Source: an uncultured Acidobacteriota bacterium (GTDB taxonomy: Bacteria > Acidobacteriota > UBA6911). Taken from it: 64,000 nucleotides of DNA. Position numbers and translations under genes: made by a program. Positions 9,693 through 19,332 of the stretch are shown here, piece after piece (position 1 is the stretch's first letter; each line of letters begins with the position of its first letter). The notes under the pieces are model-generated. The model saw only the letters and a list, made by a program, of their open reading frames with translations, did not search any database and was not told the DNA's origin. The DNA lies in contig CAWJKZ010000018.1 in NCBI GenBank assembly GCA_963843575.1, forward strand, positions 64,001 to 128,000. The letters are read 5' to 3'.

Positions 9693-12600
9693 CTAGAAAA
9701 CAAACCTCAGACCGAAACGGAACTGCCGCTCGTCGATACCCTCCCTGGCCAGGTTGATCGTGCTGCTGATGGTCATGAAATCGGCTCCGTCTCCGATATT
9801 GCCGTCAGGGACGTCCAGGTGTGGCGTATTGGTGAAGTTGAACGACTCCATCCGGAATTGCATCTTCAGGCGCTCGGTGAATGCAAATTCGCGGAAGAGG
9901 CCGAAATCCCAGTTGAACAGTCCGGGTCCGCGCAGCGTGTTGCGCCGCGAATTGCCGAAACGCGCGGCGGTTATGTCGGCGAACGCTGTCGGATCATAAT
10001 AGGGATCCCCGAGACCGACCCCGCCCAGTTTGGCCACGTCTGTTTTTACCTGATCAGCGTACTGGTTGCTTCCCGGCAGGTTCAATGACGTGCCGTCCGC
10101 GGTAACCGAGAAGGGCACGCCGCTCATCACGCTGACCAGGTTGTTCACCTGCCAACCGCCGATGATGTAGGACACGACTCCCTTGTCGTTCAGGTAGTGC
10201 CTGCCTTTGCCGAAGGGGAGTTGCCAGATGTTGGTGATGCCCAGATTGTGGGTGCGGTCGCTAGAGGCGGGCGCATAGTTTCGACTCATGTATGCGAGTG
10301 CCTGGATCTCGGGAGTCGCATCGCTGTTTTCAAGCGGTGTGACCGCCTTTCCCCAGGTGTAGTTCACCGTGAGTGCGAGCCCGGCGGAGAAGCGGCGTTG
10401 CAGTTCGGCCTGCAGGGAATCGTAGTGGCCTGTTCCGACCGGCTGCAGGAAGATGGTCGATGCTGTTCGGCCAAACTTGGCCACCAAGGGTCTGCCTTCC
10501 TCGCCGGCGCCGATGATCTGGCCCGCATTGATATCGACCAGGCCCAGAGTCCGGACGGACCTAGTTGCCACATACCCTGCCTGGCCGGTGAATCCCCACG
10601 GGAGCTCTCTTTGCACGGTGAAGTTCCACGACTGGATGTAACCGCGCTTCAGGTCCTTGGGTAATCCCTGGAAGACGTAGTCGCCAGGAATATCCAGGAT
10701 GCCGTTTCCGTTGTCAGGCACCTGGATCGTGGGAATCCCCTTCGACAACGTGGTCGCAGGAGTGAGACCATCCGGAGATTCACGTCTCACCTGGATGAGA
10801 AGCGGGTAATTGGCACGCAAAGGTTCGAAGGCTTCGTAGGGATCGTTGGTGAGCCCATAGCCGGTCCGGATCACAAACTTGTCGGTCAGGCGATAGGCCA
10901 GACCGACGCGCGGACCGAAGCGCAGTTTGCTGACCTTGATGCCGCAGTCCGTAGGTATGGATCCGAATCCGCAGAGGGATACCTGGTTTGTCTCGGGATC
11001 ATAGGATTCGATCCCGCGGTCGGGCCGGGTCGGTACCGGGAAATATTCGTAACGAAGCCCATAGTCCAGCGTGAGCCTGGGGGTTACAGTCCACCGGTCA
11101 CGGGCGTAGGCGCTGAAGAGCCAGGCGCGAATGTGATATTCATCCGGGACCTGGAGCGTCCTCCCTCCCTGGCTCGCCTGGCCCAGCAGGAATGCGGCAA
11201 TGCTGTTGTACCTGGACCCACCCGAGGTTTCCTGGCAATTTCCGCTTTCCGGGTCGAGTCCCTCACAACGTTCGGTAATGCCTCGTTCGAAATTGAAGCC
11301 ACCCTGCGCGCCGTACCCGCCGCTGGCAAACTCGGCCTGGGCCTGGTTCAGCCCCTGGCGATAGAAGTCGCCGCCAAACCGGATATTGTGCTTGCCCTTC
11401 ATCCAGTTCACGTTGACCACATACTGCGACTGCGGGTCGTGACGGTAGTAGGGCATGAAGTTGTTGGGCACTCCCAGGGTGGAGTAATTCTCGATGTCAA
11501 ATTCGGGCCAGCCGCTCTCGAAGGCGCGTGGACCGTTGGTTCCCGGGATGCCGAACACTTCCGAGCCGAGATTCTTGCCGAGGCCGGTTTGCTCGGAAGA
11601 AGTCCCCTGCCGCGCGTAACCGAAGTGGGCATCCACGAGAAAGTTTGGATTGAGGGTGTATGTGCCCATGACTGTGGTCCGGTACGTATTGCCGTGACCG
11701 TGCCCCGGATTGCCGCCGGCGAGGGGATCCCCGCCTCCCGCCTCCCCATATACAGTCGGGTTGATGCTGTTGTAGTGGAGGAGACCGAACGTGCCAATCA
11801 CGTTGAGTTTGGACGTCACGCTGTAGTCGACCTTCGTATCCACCTGGTGGCGATCAAAGATAAACGGACCGGAAACAAAGTAGTTTCTGTTTTCCCGATT
11901 GATGTTGTTGGGCACGAAGAAGGCCGTGATTTTCTTGGCAATCGGGTCCATCCGGCCGGCAGGAATGATGTTCAGGCAACCCGGGTTCGTTGCGGTATTG
12001 CAGAGCGAGTAGTTGGAGTCACCGGGTGCAACGTGGAATTGCGTGCGGCCCAAACCCGTGTTGGGGTCGCCCGACAGCGGGTCGTAAATGGGCGTCGTTG
12101 ACGCGGACAAGTCGCCCGCCAGCATGGCGGGCAAGGGGACGGTCGCGAACGTCTGAACGTTCCTGTGGTCCCTCGTCGACTCGTAGCTGACGAAATAGAA
12201 GGCCTTGTTCTTCTTGATCGGCCCCCCTACCGTGCCGCCGTACTCGTTGTAAACCTGCTTCGGTTTGGTGCCGGTATTCAAATCGGCATCCCCGAACCGC
12301 ATGGGCCAGGCCTTCAGGTGATTGTCGGTGTGGTATTCAAACGCCGACCCGTGCAAGTCGTTCGTTCCGCTCCGGGTCTGGACATTGATCGCCGCACCGC
12401 CCGCCAGGCCCTGCTCGGCGTCAAAACTGCTCGTGACGACGTTGACTTCCTGGATCGACTCCAGGGTCGGGACGTAGGACGCAACGTGCGGCAGCTGCAC
12501 GTGAGTAGTGCTGACGCCGTCGATGCGTGTGTTGTTCTGGTTGTCGCTCGTCCCGTTGACCGTGAACTCCAATGAACGCGAAGGATTGGTCGGGATGGAG

Positions 12601-13142
12601 TGCGAATTCTGTGGCGGCGAAAAGCCGGGCAGCATGCGATAGACCTGTTGATAGTTCCTACCCAGCGCTACAGGCAGGTTTTGCAGATCCGACGCGACGA
12701 CTCCAACCGCCACCTCGGACGTTTCCGTCTGCAGCCTCGGCGGCTCCGCATTTACCACAACCTGTTCATCCGCGGCACCGACCTCCAGTGTCACGTTTAC
12801 ACGGCTGACGCTGTTTATGGAGACCGTCACCTCCGCCTGTTCGAAGGTCTTGAATCCCTGCTGGGTGACTTTGACGCTGTAAGTCCCAGTGGGGAGATCG
12901 GTGATATTGAAGTGTCCCGTCTCATCAGTGACCACCTCACGGGTCAGGTTGGTGCCCTTGTTGCTGACGACAACGGTCGTACCCGGAACGGACGCGCCAG
13001 AGGCGTCCTTCACATCTCCCACGATCGAGCCATACAGGACCTGAGCTTCAGCCTTCGGAGTCGTCGCAAATGCCAGGACTAAGGCGATACCCACCAGGCA
13101 GCAACACCACACCGCTATCTTCTGCACTCGTGGCATGGACAT
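9693..13142 (-). CDS. TonB-dependent receptor with N-terminal carboxypeptidase-regulatory-like domain (Oar-like)
   Basis: GAGGAGG RBS, signal peptide, SIVGDVKDASGASVPG, RIDGV, TRSGTNDLHGSAFEY, FNFTNTP, C-terminal FGLRFVF. Confidence 0.93.
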   Translation of the reverse strand: MSMPRVQKIAVWCCCLVGIALVLAFATTPKAEAQVLYGSIVGDVKDASGASVPGTTVVVSNKGTNLTREVVTDETGHFNITDLPTGTYSVKVTQQGFKTFEQAEVTVSINSVSRVNVTLEVGAADEQVVVNAEPPRLQTETSEVAVGVVASDLQNLPVALGRNYQQVYRMLPGFSPPQNSHSIPTNPSRSLEFTVNGTSDNQNNTRIDGVSTTHVQLPHVASYVPTLESIQEVNVVTSSFDAEQGLAGGAAINVQTRSGTNDLHGSAFEYHTDNHLKAWPMRFGDADLNTGTKPKQVYNEYGGTVGGPIKKNKAFYFVSYESTRDHRNVQTFATVPLPAMLAGDLSASTTPIYDPLSGDPNTGLGRTQFHVAPGDSNYSLCNTATNPGCLNIIPAGRMDPIAKKITAFFVPNNINRENRNYFVSGPFIFDRHQVDTKVDYSVTSKLNVIGTFGLLHYNSINPTVYGEAGGGDPLAGGNPGHGHGNTYRTTVMGTYTLNPNFLVDAHFGYARQGTSSEQTGLGKNLGSEVFGIPGTNGPRAFESGWPEFDIENYSTLGVPNNFMPYYRHDPQSQYVVNVNWMKGKHNIRFGGDFYRQGLNQAQAEFASGGYGAQGGFNFERGITERCEGLDPESGNCQETSGGSRYNSIAAFLLGQASQGGRTLQVPDEYHIRAWLFSAYARDRWTVTPRLTLDYGLRYEYFPVPTRPDRGIESYDPETNQVSLCGFGSIPTDCGIKVSKLRFGPRVGLAYRLTDKFVIRTGYGLTNDPYEAFEPLRANYPLLIQVRRESPDGLTPATTLSKGIPTIQVPDNGNGILDIPGDYVFQGLPKDLKRGYIQSWNFTVQRELPWGFTGQAGYVATRSVRTLGLVDINAGQIIGAGEEGRPLVAKFGRTASTIFLQPVGTGHYDSLQAELQRRFSAGLALTVNYTWGKAVTPLENSDATPEIQALAYMSRNYAPASSDRTHNLGITNIWQLPFGKGRHYLNDKGVVSYIIGGWQVNNLVSVMSGVPFSVTADGTSLNLPGSNQYADQVKTDVAKLGGVGLGDPYYDPTAFADITAARFGNSRRNTLRGPGLFNWDFGLFREFAFTERLKMQFRMESFNFTNTPHLDVPDGNIGDGADFMTISSTINLAREGIDERQFRFGLRFVF

Positions 13143-13199
13143 CACACCCTCCTCATTGACGGAAATCGGCCGTGAGCCGTCGGAATGTGGTCGATACAC

Positions 13200-13745
13200 A
13201 GTACCTGCGGTAGGGTTCTACTGCACCGACCTTCTTAGCGAATTGGAAAACCCCGAGTCTCTTCCCGAAGCCAGGTGAATCTATGTTAGGCGGTGGGCAA
13301 TCGATGAGTCAAATATTTGTTGCTCGAAATAGGCCAGCGCGAGATACCTCGATGGGGATAATTAGGAATCTATTATATTATCGACTTCATCACACCAGCA
13401 GCGATTGGCGCCAAATATATCGATTCCACACTGACTAACTGAAACAAGCATCATCGGCCTATGCGTGGTTCGCTCGCGCCCCATTCGACTGTGAGTAATC
13501 TTACGCCGGACACTTCCACCATCTCCGAGCCGCATATCGACCGATATGCGGACCGTGTTTTCGAACCATATCCGTTTGGGGATACCATTGCGGCGATTGG
13601 AATGGAACGACATCGCGCCTGGATGACCGACGCCCTTGCGCCGAAAGGTATAATTTCAGGACGTAAGGCCCCGGGGCGGCAAGTCTGCTTTCCTGTTTCT
13701 CATCTGTAACGCTCCTGCGGAATTCAATGTAAAGGAGAGAGCCCA
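13200..13745. promoter_or_regulatory. AT-enriched divergent intergenic/promoter region
   Basis: Lower GC than the flanks, no credible ORF, several ATCGA-centred words; lies between divergent start codons. Confidence 0.4.
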
Positions 13746-14717
13746 GTGCCGCATTATCCGCACGATCTGATGGTTATCCACGAACACCCGGAATGGCAGA
13801 AGCCGCTGTTTTCCGAGCTCAAGCGCCGCAAGGTCAATTTCGGGGTGGTGGATCTCAAGAGCGCGGCGTTCTCGTCGGAGGAAGACCCTCTGGCGCCGCT
13901 GTATTTCAATCAGGCATCACCAAGCGCCTATGTACGGGGCGCGACCCGGGCCGTGCCGTATGCTTTGTCCTTCATGCGATCGCTGGCCTGTCGCGGCGTC
14001 AGGGTCCTCAATGGTGCGAATGCTTTTGCCTTTGAGCTGTCCAAGACCGTGCAGGCTTCCATGCTCAGAGCTCTGGGGATCCCACACCCCCGGAGCATCA
14101 CCTTCAACAGCTTGGACGCGTTGCGCGGGCGCGCCGGCGAGGTGGGGTTCCCGGCGCTGGTCAAGCCGGAGCAGGGTGGCAGCGGCGCGCGCATCCACCT
14201 GGCCAACGGCATGGAGGAGATAGAGGCCCTGTTTGCGCAGAATCCCGAATTGTGGGAGCCGGACCACCTGATGCTCCTGCAGGAATACATCCCTCACAGC
14301 GAAGCGCGGGGCATCATCCGCATGGAGTTCCTCGGCGGCAAGCTGTTGTACGCCATGCGGGTGGTGAGCTACGGCTCGTTCAACCTGTGCCCGTCCCCGG
14401 TGTGCAACCCTGAGGCCGGCGGCGCCGGCGCATGTGAAGTTCCGGCGGCCGTGCATAGGCCCGTGGAGTTCTATCCCTATCCGGAGGTTCCAGCGGAAGC
14501 GGTTGTCGCCGGAGAACGCATCATGGCGGCCGCCGGGATCGACGTGGGGGCGAGCGAATACCTGGACGCCAACACCGGAGAGCGGGTTTTCTACGACATC
14601 AACGCCAACAGCAACCTGCGGCCCAGTGTTGCCGCCGCATTCGGGTTCGACCCGTTCGAACGCGTGGCGGAATGGCTGTCGGGTCATATCGAGGCTGTGA
14701 AGTCCGGCGCATTTTAG
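13746..14717 (+). CDS. ATP-grasp ligase, RimK/glutathione-synthetase-like
   Basis: AAGGAG RBS with GTG start, ELSK, FPALVKPEQGGSGARI, LLQEY, YDINANSN. Confidence 0.8.
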   Translation: MPHYPHDLMVIHEHPEWQKPLFSELKRRKVNFGVVDLKSAAFSSEEDPLAPLYFNQASPSAYVRGATRAVPYALSFMRSLACRGVRVLNGANAFAFELSKTVQASMLRALGIPHPRSITFNSLDALRGRAGEVGFPALVKPEQGGSGARIHLANGMEEIEALFAQNPELWEPDHLMLLQEYIPHSEARGIIRMEFLGGKLLYAMRVVSYGSFNLCPSPVCNPEAGGAGACEVPAAVHRPVEFYPYPEVPAEAVVAGERIMAAAGIDVGASEYLDANTGERVFYDINANSNLRPSVAAAFGFDPFERVAEWLSGHIEAVKSGAF

Positions 14718-14778
14718 ACGTGTCATCAGCACCCGCCACGAGTCCGGGGGGTAGGTTGCGAGGGCGCGAAGGTTGTGC

Positions 14779-14990
14779 TTAGTACACAGTCTCATAAGTA
14801 CGCTGACTTATTTTTCAGGACGCGGAAAACGCGGGCGATGAAAAACAAAAGCCAAAACAGAACGCAGATTCCGCGGATCCCACGGATTCACGCGGATCGA
14901 CCGCGTCCTGTCGCCAGGTCGATCTGTGGGGATCCGCGCGCATCCGCGTCCTGACAAATACATTGGCGTATTTGTGAACATCAGTACTCA
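14779..14990. mobile_element. MITE-like element: 48-bp imperfect terminal inverted repeats around a CGGAT hairpin core
   Basis: The reverse complement of 14779-14826 (tccgcgtcctgaaaaataagtcagcgtacttatgagactgtgtactaa) aligns gap-free with 14943-14990 (tccgcgtcctgacaaatacattggcgtatttgtgaacatcagtactca). Confidence 0.65.
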
Positions 14991-15012
14991 AGAAGCGACG
15001 CCGTCTTGAGGT

Positions 15013-16590
15013 CTAGACCCCTTTGCGCCAACCGGGGTCGTCGAACGTTCGGAGCGTGATGCTGAACGTGCCGTCCGGGTTGAGGGGCTGGGCGCAGGCC
15101 CAGCGCACCGGGCGCCGGACGCCCTTGGTTTCGATCTCCGCCCTGAGGTTCATCTTCTGGCCTTCCATCCCCTTGGGCAGAACGAATGACGCCTCGCGGA
15201 TGCGCGCGCCATAGGGGTGCCCGGCATCCAAGCCGCCGCCGATACTCACCCTCTTGTCTTCGCTCTCCACGTAGAGGCGCAGTATGCCGGGCACTCCGGC
15301 CACGCCGTCGTTGGCGATGCCGAGGATGATTTCGCTCGTTCCGTAGCGCTTGCGCTGCCAGACCCAGGAAGGCCGCACGCGATAGCCCATGCGCCGATGC
15401 AGGGTGTCGAATGCGTTGGGGTATTTCTTGTAGTAGGCCAGCAGGTTGTCGGCCTCGGTCCAGAGCGCCCAGTAGTTGGCATTCAGGTCCAGGACGTGCA
15501 TCGCACCGTTCTCCCGGTCGCTGATGCCGGCCGCATCGAAGCGCAGCGAGGCGGGATCGTAGTGCCGGTTGCCCCCCTCCTCCATGACCACCGCCAGCCA
15601 TGGAGGCCGGTTGGCCAGGTTCTCCACCTGTACGGCCTCCTCGATGGCCACCGTGCTGTCGGAACGCAACCACTCGCCGGCGCGGACGCACATATCCTGC
15701 ACCTCGCGGTTGCCGACCGAGCTGATATCCGGCTCGGTGTTGACCGCCAGCGGGACCTTCTTCCAGGTCTCCATCTGGATGCGGGTCATCTCCACAAAGG
15801 TCTTCTCGGCCGTTACGTAGTCGGGGAACGGATTGGGCAGCCGGTTGGTGTGAGCTTCTCCCCAGAAGCCGTACATCATCAGGTCCATGAACTCGACCAG
15901 CGGGTTGTTGCCGTATTCCGCCGCCATCAGTTCGTTTAGCTCGCGGAAGGCCTTCTGAAACTCCGGGTGATCGTAGCGCGGCTCGACGTAGTCCCAATCC
16001 TGCGGCTTCTGGGATCTCTCACCGCGGTTCTTGCCGATCTTCACCAGGGGCACCTTTTTCTGGAGGAAGTCCGGCAGGGCAAGCTGCTTGGGCTGGAATT
16101 CGGGGGTTGAGAGCTGTATCCGGAAGGCCACCCGGAGGTGGTACTGCTTGGCCGCCGCGAAGGCGAGCTCCCATACGGGTCCCAGGCTGAGCTTGCCCGG
16201 CTGGCTTTGCACGTCGCGCCAGTCGCAACGGATATATAGGACGTCGGCGAAGGGAAGGGCCCCGAGCGCGTCGACGGCCTTTTCCAGGGGCATCTTGCCC
16301 GCGCGTACCGCCCGCGTGGGGCCGCCCTCCTCCCAGGCATAGGGAACCAGCCCGGTGCCGAAATTCTTGACGTGGGCGTTGGACGGCGTGCTGGACGCGA
16401 TCACCTGCCACCCCTCGTCCTGCTCGACACCGAACGGGCCCTGGTTGAGACGATCTCGCGGCGCCGGGCCGGGACCGAAGTCATATCCGGCCCAGAGATG
16501 ATCGGGAACATCCGCTCGCGTCACTTTGGAGGTCGTGGCCGCAGCCAGCGCGGCCGCGCTGGCTACCTTCATGAACTCACGGCGAATCAT
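15013..16590 (-). CDS. Tat-exported uncharacterised GH-A-like (DUF4832 / beta-galactosidase-like) protein, paralog 1
   Basis: IRREFMK signal, YIRCDWRDVQ, GFWGEAH, RMGYRVRP; long identical stretches shared with 19333-20904. Confidence 0.75.
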   Translation of the reverse strand: MIRREFMKVASAAALAAATTSKVTRADVPDHLWAGYDFGPGPAPRDRLNQGPFGVEQDEGWQVIASSTPSNAHVKNFGTGLVPYAWEEGGPTRAVRAGKMPLEKAVDALGALPFADVLYIRCDWRDVQSQPGKLSLGPVWELAFAAAKQYHLRVAFRIQLSTPEFQPKQLALPDFLQKKVPLVKIGKNRGERSQKPQDWDYVEPRYDHPEFQKAFRELNELMAAEYGNNPLVEFMDLMMYGFWGEAHTNRLPNPFPDYVTAEKTFVEMTRIQMETWKKVPLAVNTEPDISSVGNREVQDMCVRAGEWLRSDSTVAIEEAVQVENLANRPPWLAVVMEEGGNRHYDPASLRFDAAGISDRENGAMHVLDLNANYWALWTEADNLLAYYKKYPNAFDTLHRRMGYRVRPSWVWQRKRYGTSEIILGIANDGVAGVPGILRLYVESEDKRVSIGGGLDAGHPYGARIREASFVLPKGMEGQKMNLRAEIETKGVRRPVRWACAQPLNPDGTFSITLRTFDDPGWRKGV

Positions 16591-16660
16591 AGTATCAGCT
16601 CCTCTGTTATGCCTGTGGAAAGAGCGCGTCAATAGATCCTTGTGTGCCCGCTTAAGTTAT

Positions 16661-16681
16661 CGATTGTATCAGATACAATCG
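16661..16681. promoter_or_regulatory. Perfect palindrome CGATTGTATC-A-GATACAATCG, candidate operator
   Basis: 10-bp arms with a 1-nt spacer, about 70 bp upstream of the 16590 start in a divergent intergenic region. Confidence 0.6.
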
Positions 16682-16689
16682 GCTATCGG

Positions 16690-16823
16690 AACAGAACCCA
16701 GATTCAGCGGATCCAACGGATTCACGCGGATCGGCCGTGTCCGGCATTCCATCGATCCGTGGGGATCCGCGCGCATCCGCGTCCTGAAAATTACGCTGGC
16801 GTATTTGGGAAGATTAGGACTAA
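16690..16823. repeat. Copy of the CGGAT hairpin / MITE family with one 48-bp terminus
   Basis: Core gcggatccaacggattcacgcggatc...gatccgtggggatccgcgcgcatccgcgtcctg; terminus ends ggactaa at 16823. Confidence 0.8.
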
Positions 16824-16856
16824 GGCGTAATCGCGGATGGGGCCGGTGGGTTAACA

Positions 16857-16888
16857 TGAAGCGCCGCAGATTTGAAGCGCCGCAGATT
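16857..16888. repeat. Exact 16-bp tandem duplication TGAAGCGCCGCAGATT x2
   Basis: Read directly; about 130 bp upstream of the GH36 start. Confidence 0.85.
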
Positions 16889-17016
16889 TGTCGTTGTGGG
16901 GTGCGGACCTGAGCCCGGTAAGATTGGCTGTTCTGATTTGGGCCCAATCGGCTGCGAGGACGAGCCGTTTTGCGCGTGCAGCCGGTTGGGCCCGCCGCGT
17001 GGGGAGGAACTTAACC

Positions 17017-19182
17017 ATGTCTCGAAACGTAGCTGCAATTGCCGCATTAATCATGCTCTCGGCCTCCGCGCGGGCTGCTTCCACGGTGAGCGTGGTCGTG
17101 AAGCCGGCGGGCCCCGTCCAGGTCAAAACGCCGGCGGCGGAGTTCCTGTTGCTGGCGTCCGGTTACCTCGAAGGCCGCTTGATTGAGAACGGGCGGCCGA
17201 TCACCCTGGACGAGCCCGCGCCGGGAGAGGCTGGCGACCTGCTGGTGAGCGGGGGAGCCCCGGTGGTATTCGAGCCGCTCGATTTCCGCCATGCCAGGCT
17301 AACGGACCCCCGCGCTGGGATAGGCAGGCAAGGCAGGCGGATTGAGGTGACCGCCAGGCAGAGCGGCTCGGCCGGATTGGAGAAGACCCTCGCGCTGGAG
17401 GTGTACGACGACTTTCCCAAGGCGGCATTCCTCACTATCAGCTACCGCAACGCAGGGAAGACCGCCGTCAAGCTGGACCAGATCGTACTGCAGCGGCGCC
17501 GCCTCAACGCGGCGCTGACGGAACCCGCCGCGCCTCCCTTCCAGATGTGGTCGTTCCAGGGCTCTGCGTCCAAGTGGGGCGCCGACGACGTCCTCCCGCT
17601 CGCCAAGGGTTTCTCCCAGCCCAACCTGGTGGGGGCGACCCTGCCGAGCGGCGGCGAGGGCGGCGGCATCCCGGTGGTGGCGTTCTGGACGCGCACCGGC
17701 GGGACTGCCATAGGACACGTGGAGCCCCGCGCCGAGACGCTGTCGCTCCCCGTGCAGGTGGCCGGCGATGGCCGCGTGGCGGCGTCCGTGCGCATCGACG
17801 CGGGCGCCACCTTGCAGCCGGGTGGGCGTTTCTCCACTCCACGGACCTTCCTGGCGGTGTTCTCCGGCGACTATTACGAGCCTGTGAGCATGTGGTCGGC
17901 GATCCTGCAACGCCAGGCGTGGCAGCCGGCCCAATCCCCGGAGGGCGCCTACGAGGCCAACTGGTGCGGTTGGGGATATCTCGGCACCGTGACCCCCGAC
18001 CAGATGGTTAAGACCATCCCCAAGCTCAAGGAATTCGGAATCAAGTGGGCCACCCTCGACGCCGGCTGGTACGACGTCTCCGGCGACTGGTATCCGAATC
18101 CCGAGACCTTTGGGGGCGACGCGGTGCGGCGCACGGTGGATGAGTTCCACCGGAACGGCATCCGCATTACCGTCTGGTGGGCGCCCATCGAGGCGGCCGA
18201 CGGCCAAGGCCGCAGGCGGGGAGGCCGGGGAACCGCCTCCAAGGTCGCGCAAGCTCATCCGGAGTGGCTGATCCAGGACGCCGCCGGAAAGCGCGCGGGG
18301 CTCCGCAACAACAGCCTGGCCGCCCTGTGCCCCGCCCTTCCCGAGGTGCAGGCGTACTTCCGCGGCGTGACCGAGAGGCTGATCCGCGACTACGACTTCG
18401 ACGGTTCCAAGATGGACGGCATTTACTCCGTGCCCCGCTGCTATAACCCCGCCCACCATCACAGGAGCCCGGACGATTCGGTGTACGCGATGGCCGATGT
18501 TTACCGAATCATCCTGGAGACGTCACGGGCGATAAAACCTTACAGCGTGACGCAGATCTGCCCGTGCGGGACCACTCCCAACCTCGCCTGGCTGCCTTTC
18601 GAAGACCAGTCCGTGACCGCCGACCCGGTGGGCTCCGTGCAGGTGCGGCGGCGCATCAAGCTCTATAAGGCGCTGCTGGGGCCGCGCTCGGCGGTTTACG
18701 GCGATCACGTGGAATTGAGCAAGATCCGGTTCGATCCCGACCGGGAGGTGGATCTCGGCGAGGATTTCGCCTCCACCGTGGGAACCGGCGGCGTGGTGGG
18801 TACAAAGTTCAACTGGCCTGACTACGGGCCGCGCTTCGACGACGTGACCCTCACGCCGCGCAAGGAAGCGATCTGGAAGAAGTGGATTCCTCTCTACAAC
18901 TCGCTGATGCTTTCCAGGGGTACGTTCTTGAACCTCTATACCATCGGTTACGACACGCCGGAAGGATACGCCATCGCCAAGGACGGCAAGATGTACTACG
19001 CCTTCTACGTGGGCGAGGCTCAGCAATGGGAGGGCACGCTCGAGCTGCGCGGGCTGGAGGGAGGCAAGTACCGCGTGTTCGACTACGTGAACCAAAAGGT
19101 CCTGGGGACCGTGGACGCCTCCGCCCCCAGGCTCTCCGCCAGGTTCACCGAGAGCCTGCTTCTGGAATTGTCGCGTCAGTAG
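17017..19182 (+). CDS. Exported alpha-galactosidase-like glycoside hydrolase (GH36, clan GH-D)
   Basis: GGGGAGG RBS, signal peptide, NWCGWGY, TLDAGWY, GDW, FDGSKMDG (nucleophile Asp), QICPCG. Confidence 0.85.
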   Translation: MSRNVAAIAALIMLSASARAASTVSVVVKPAGPVQVKTPAAEFLLLASGYLEGRLIENGRPITLDEPAPGEAGDLLVSGGAPVVFEPLDFRHARLTDPRAGIGRQGRRIEVTARQSGSAGLEKTLALEVYDDFPKAAFLTISYRNAGKTAVKLDQIVLQRRRLNAALTEPAAPPFQMWSFQGSASKWGADDVLPLAKGFSQPNLVGATLPSGGEGGGIPVVAFWTRTGGTAIGHVEPRAETLSLPVQVAGDGRVAASVRIDAGATLQPGGRFSTPRTFLAVFSGDYYEPVSMWSAILQRQAWQPAQSPEGAYEANWCGWGYLGTVTPDQMVKTIPKLKEFGIKWATLDAGWYDVSGDWYPNPETFGGDAVRRTVDEFHRNGIRITVWWAPIEAADGQGRRRGGRGTASKVAQAHPEWLIQDAAGKRAGLRNNSLAALCPALPEVQAYFRGVTERLIRDYDFDGSKMDGIYSVPRCYNPAHHHRSPDDSVYAMADVYRIILETSRAIKPYSVTQICPCGTTPNLAWLPFEDQSVTADPVGSVQVRRRIKLYKALLGPRSAVYGDHVELSKIRFDPDREVDLGEDFASTVGTGGVVGTKFNWPDYGPRFDDVTLTPRKEAIWKKWIPLYNSLMLSRGTFLNLYTIGYDTPEGYAIAKDGKMYYAFYVGEAQQWEGTLELRGLEGGKYRVFDYVNQKVLGTVDASAPRLSARFTESLLLELSRQ

Positions 19183-19332
19183 CGGCTGCGGCTCCTGGAT
19201 CAGGGCGATACCTGTCTTTCTAATGGAGGCATGTTTCGGATTTGGCCCTCCAGAGCGAATTCCGCCCGCGTCCGCACTCCCACGATATCGTGCCGAATTC
19301 CGGAAAGGTATCGAAACGGCCCAGCTTCGGTC

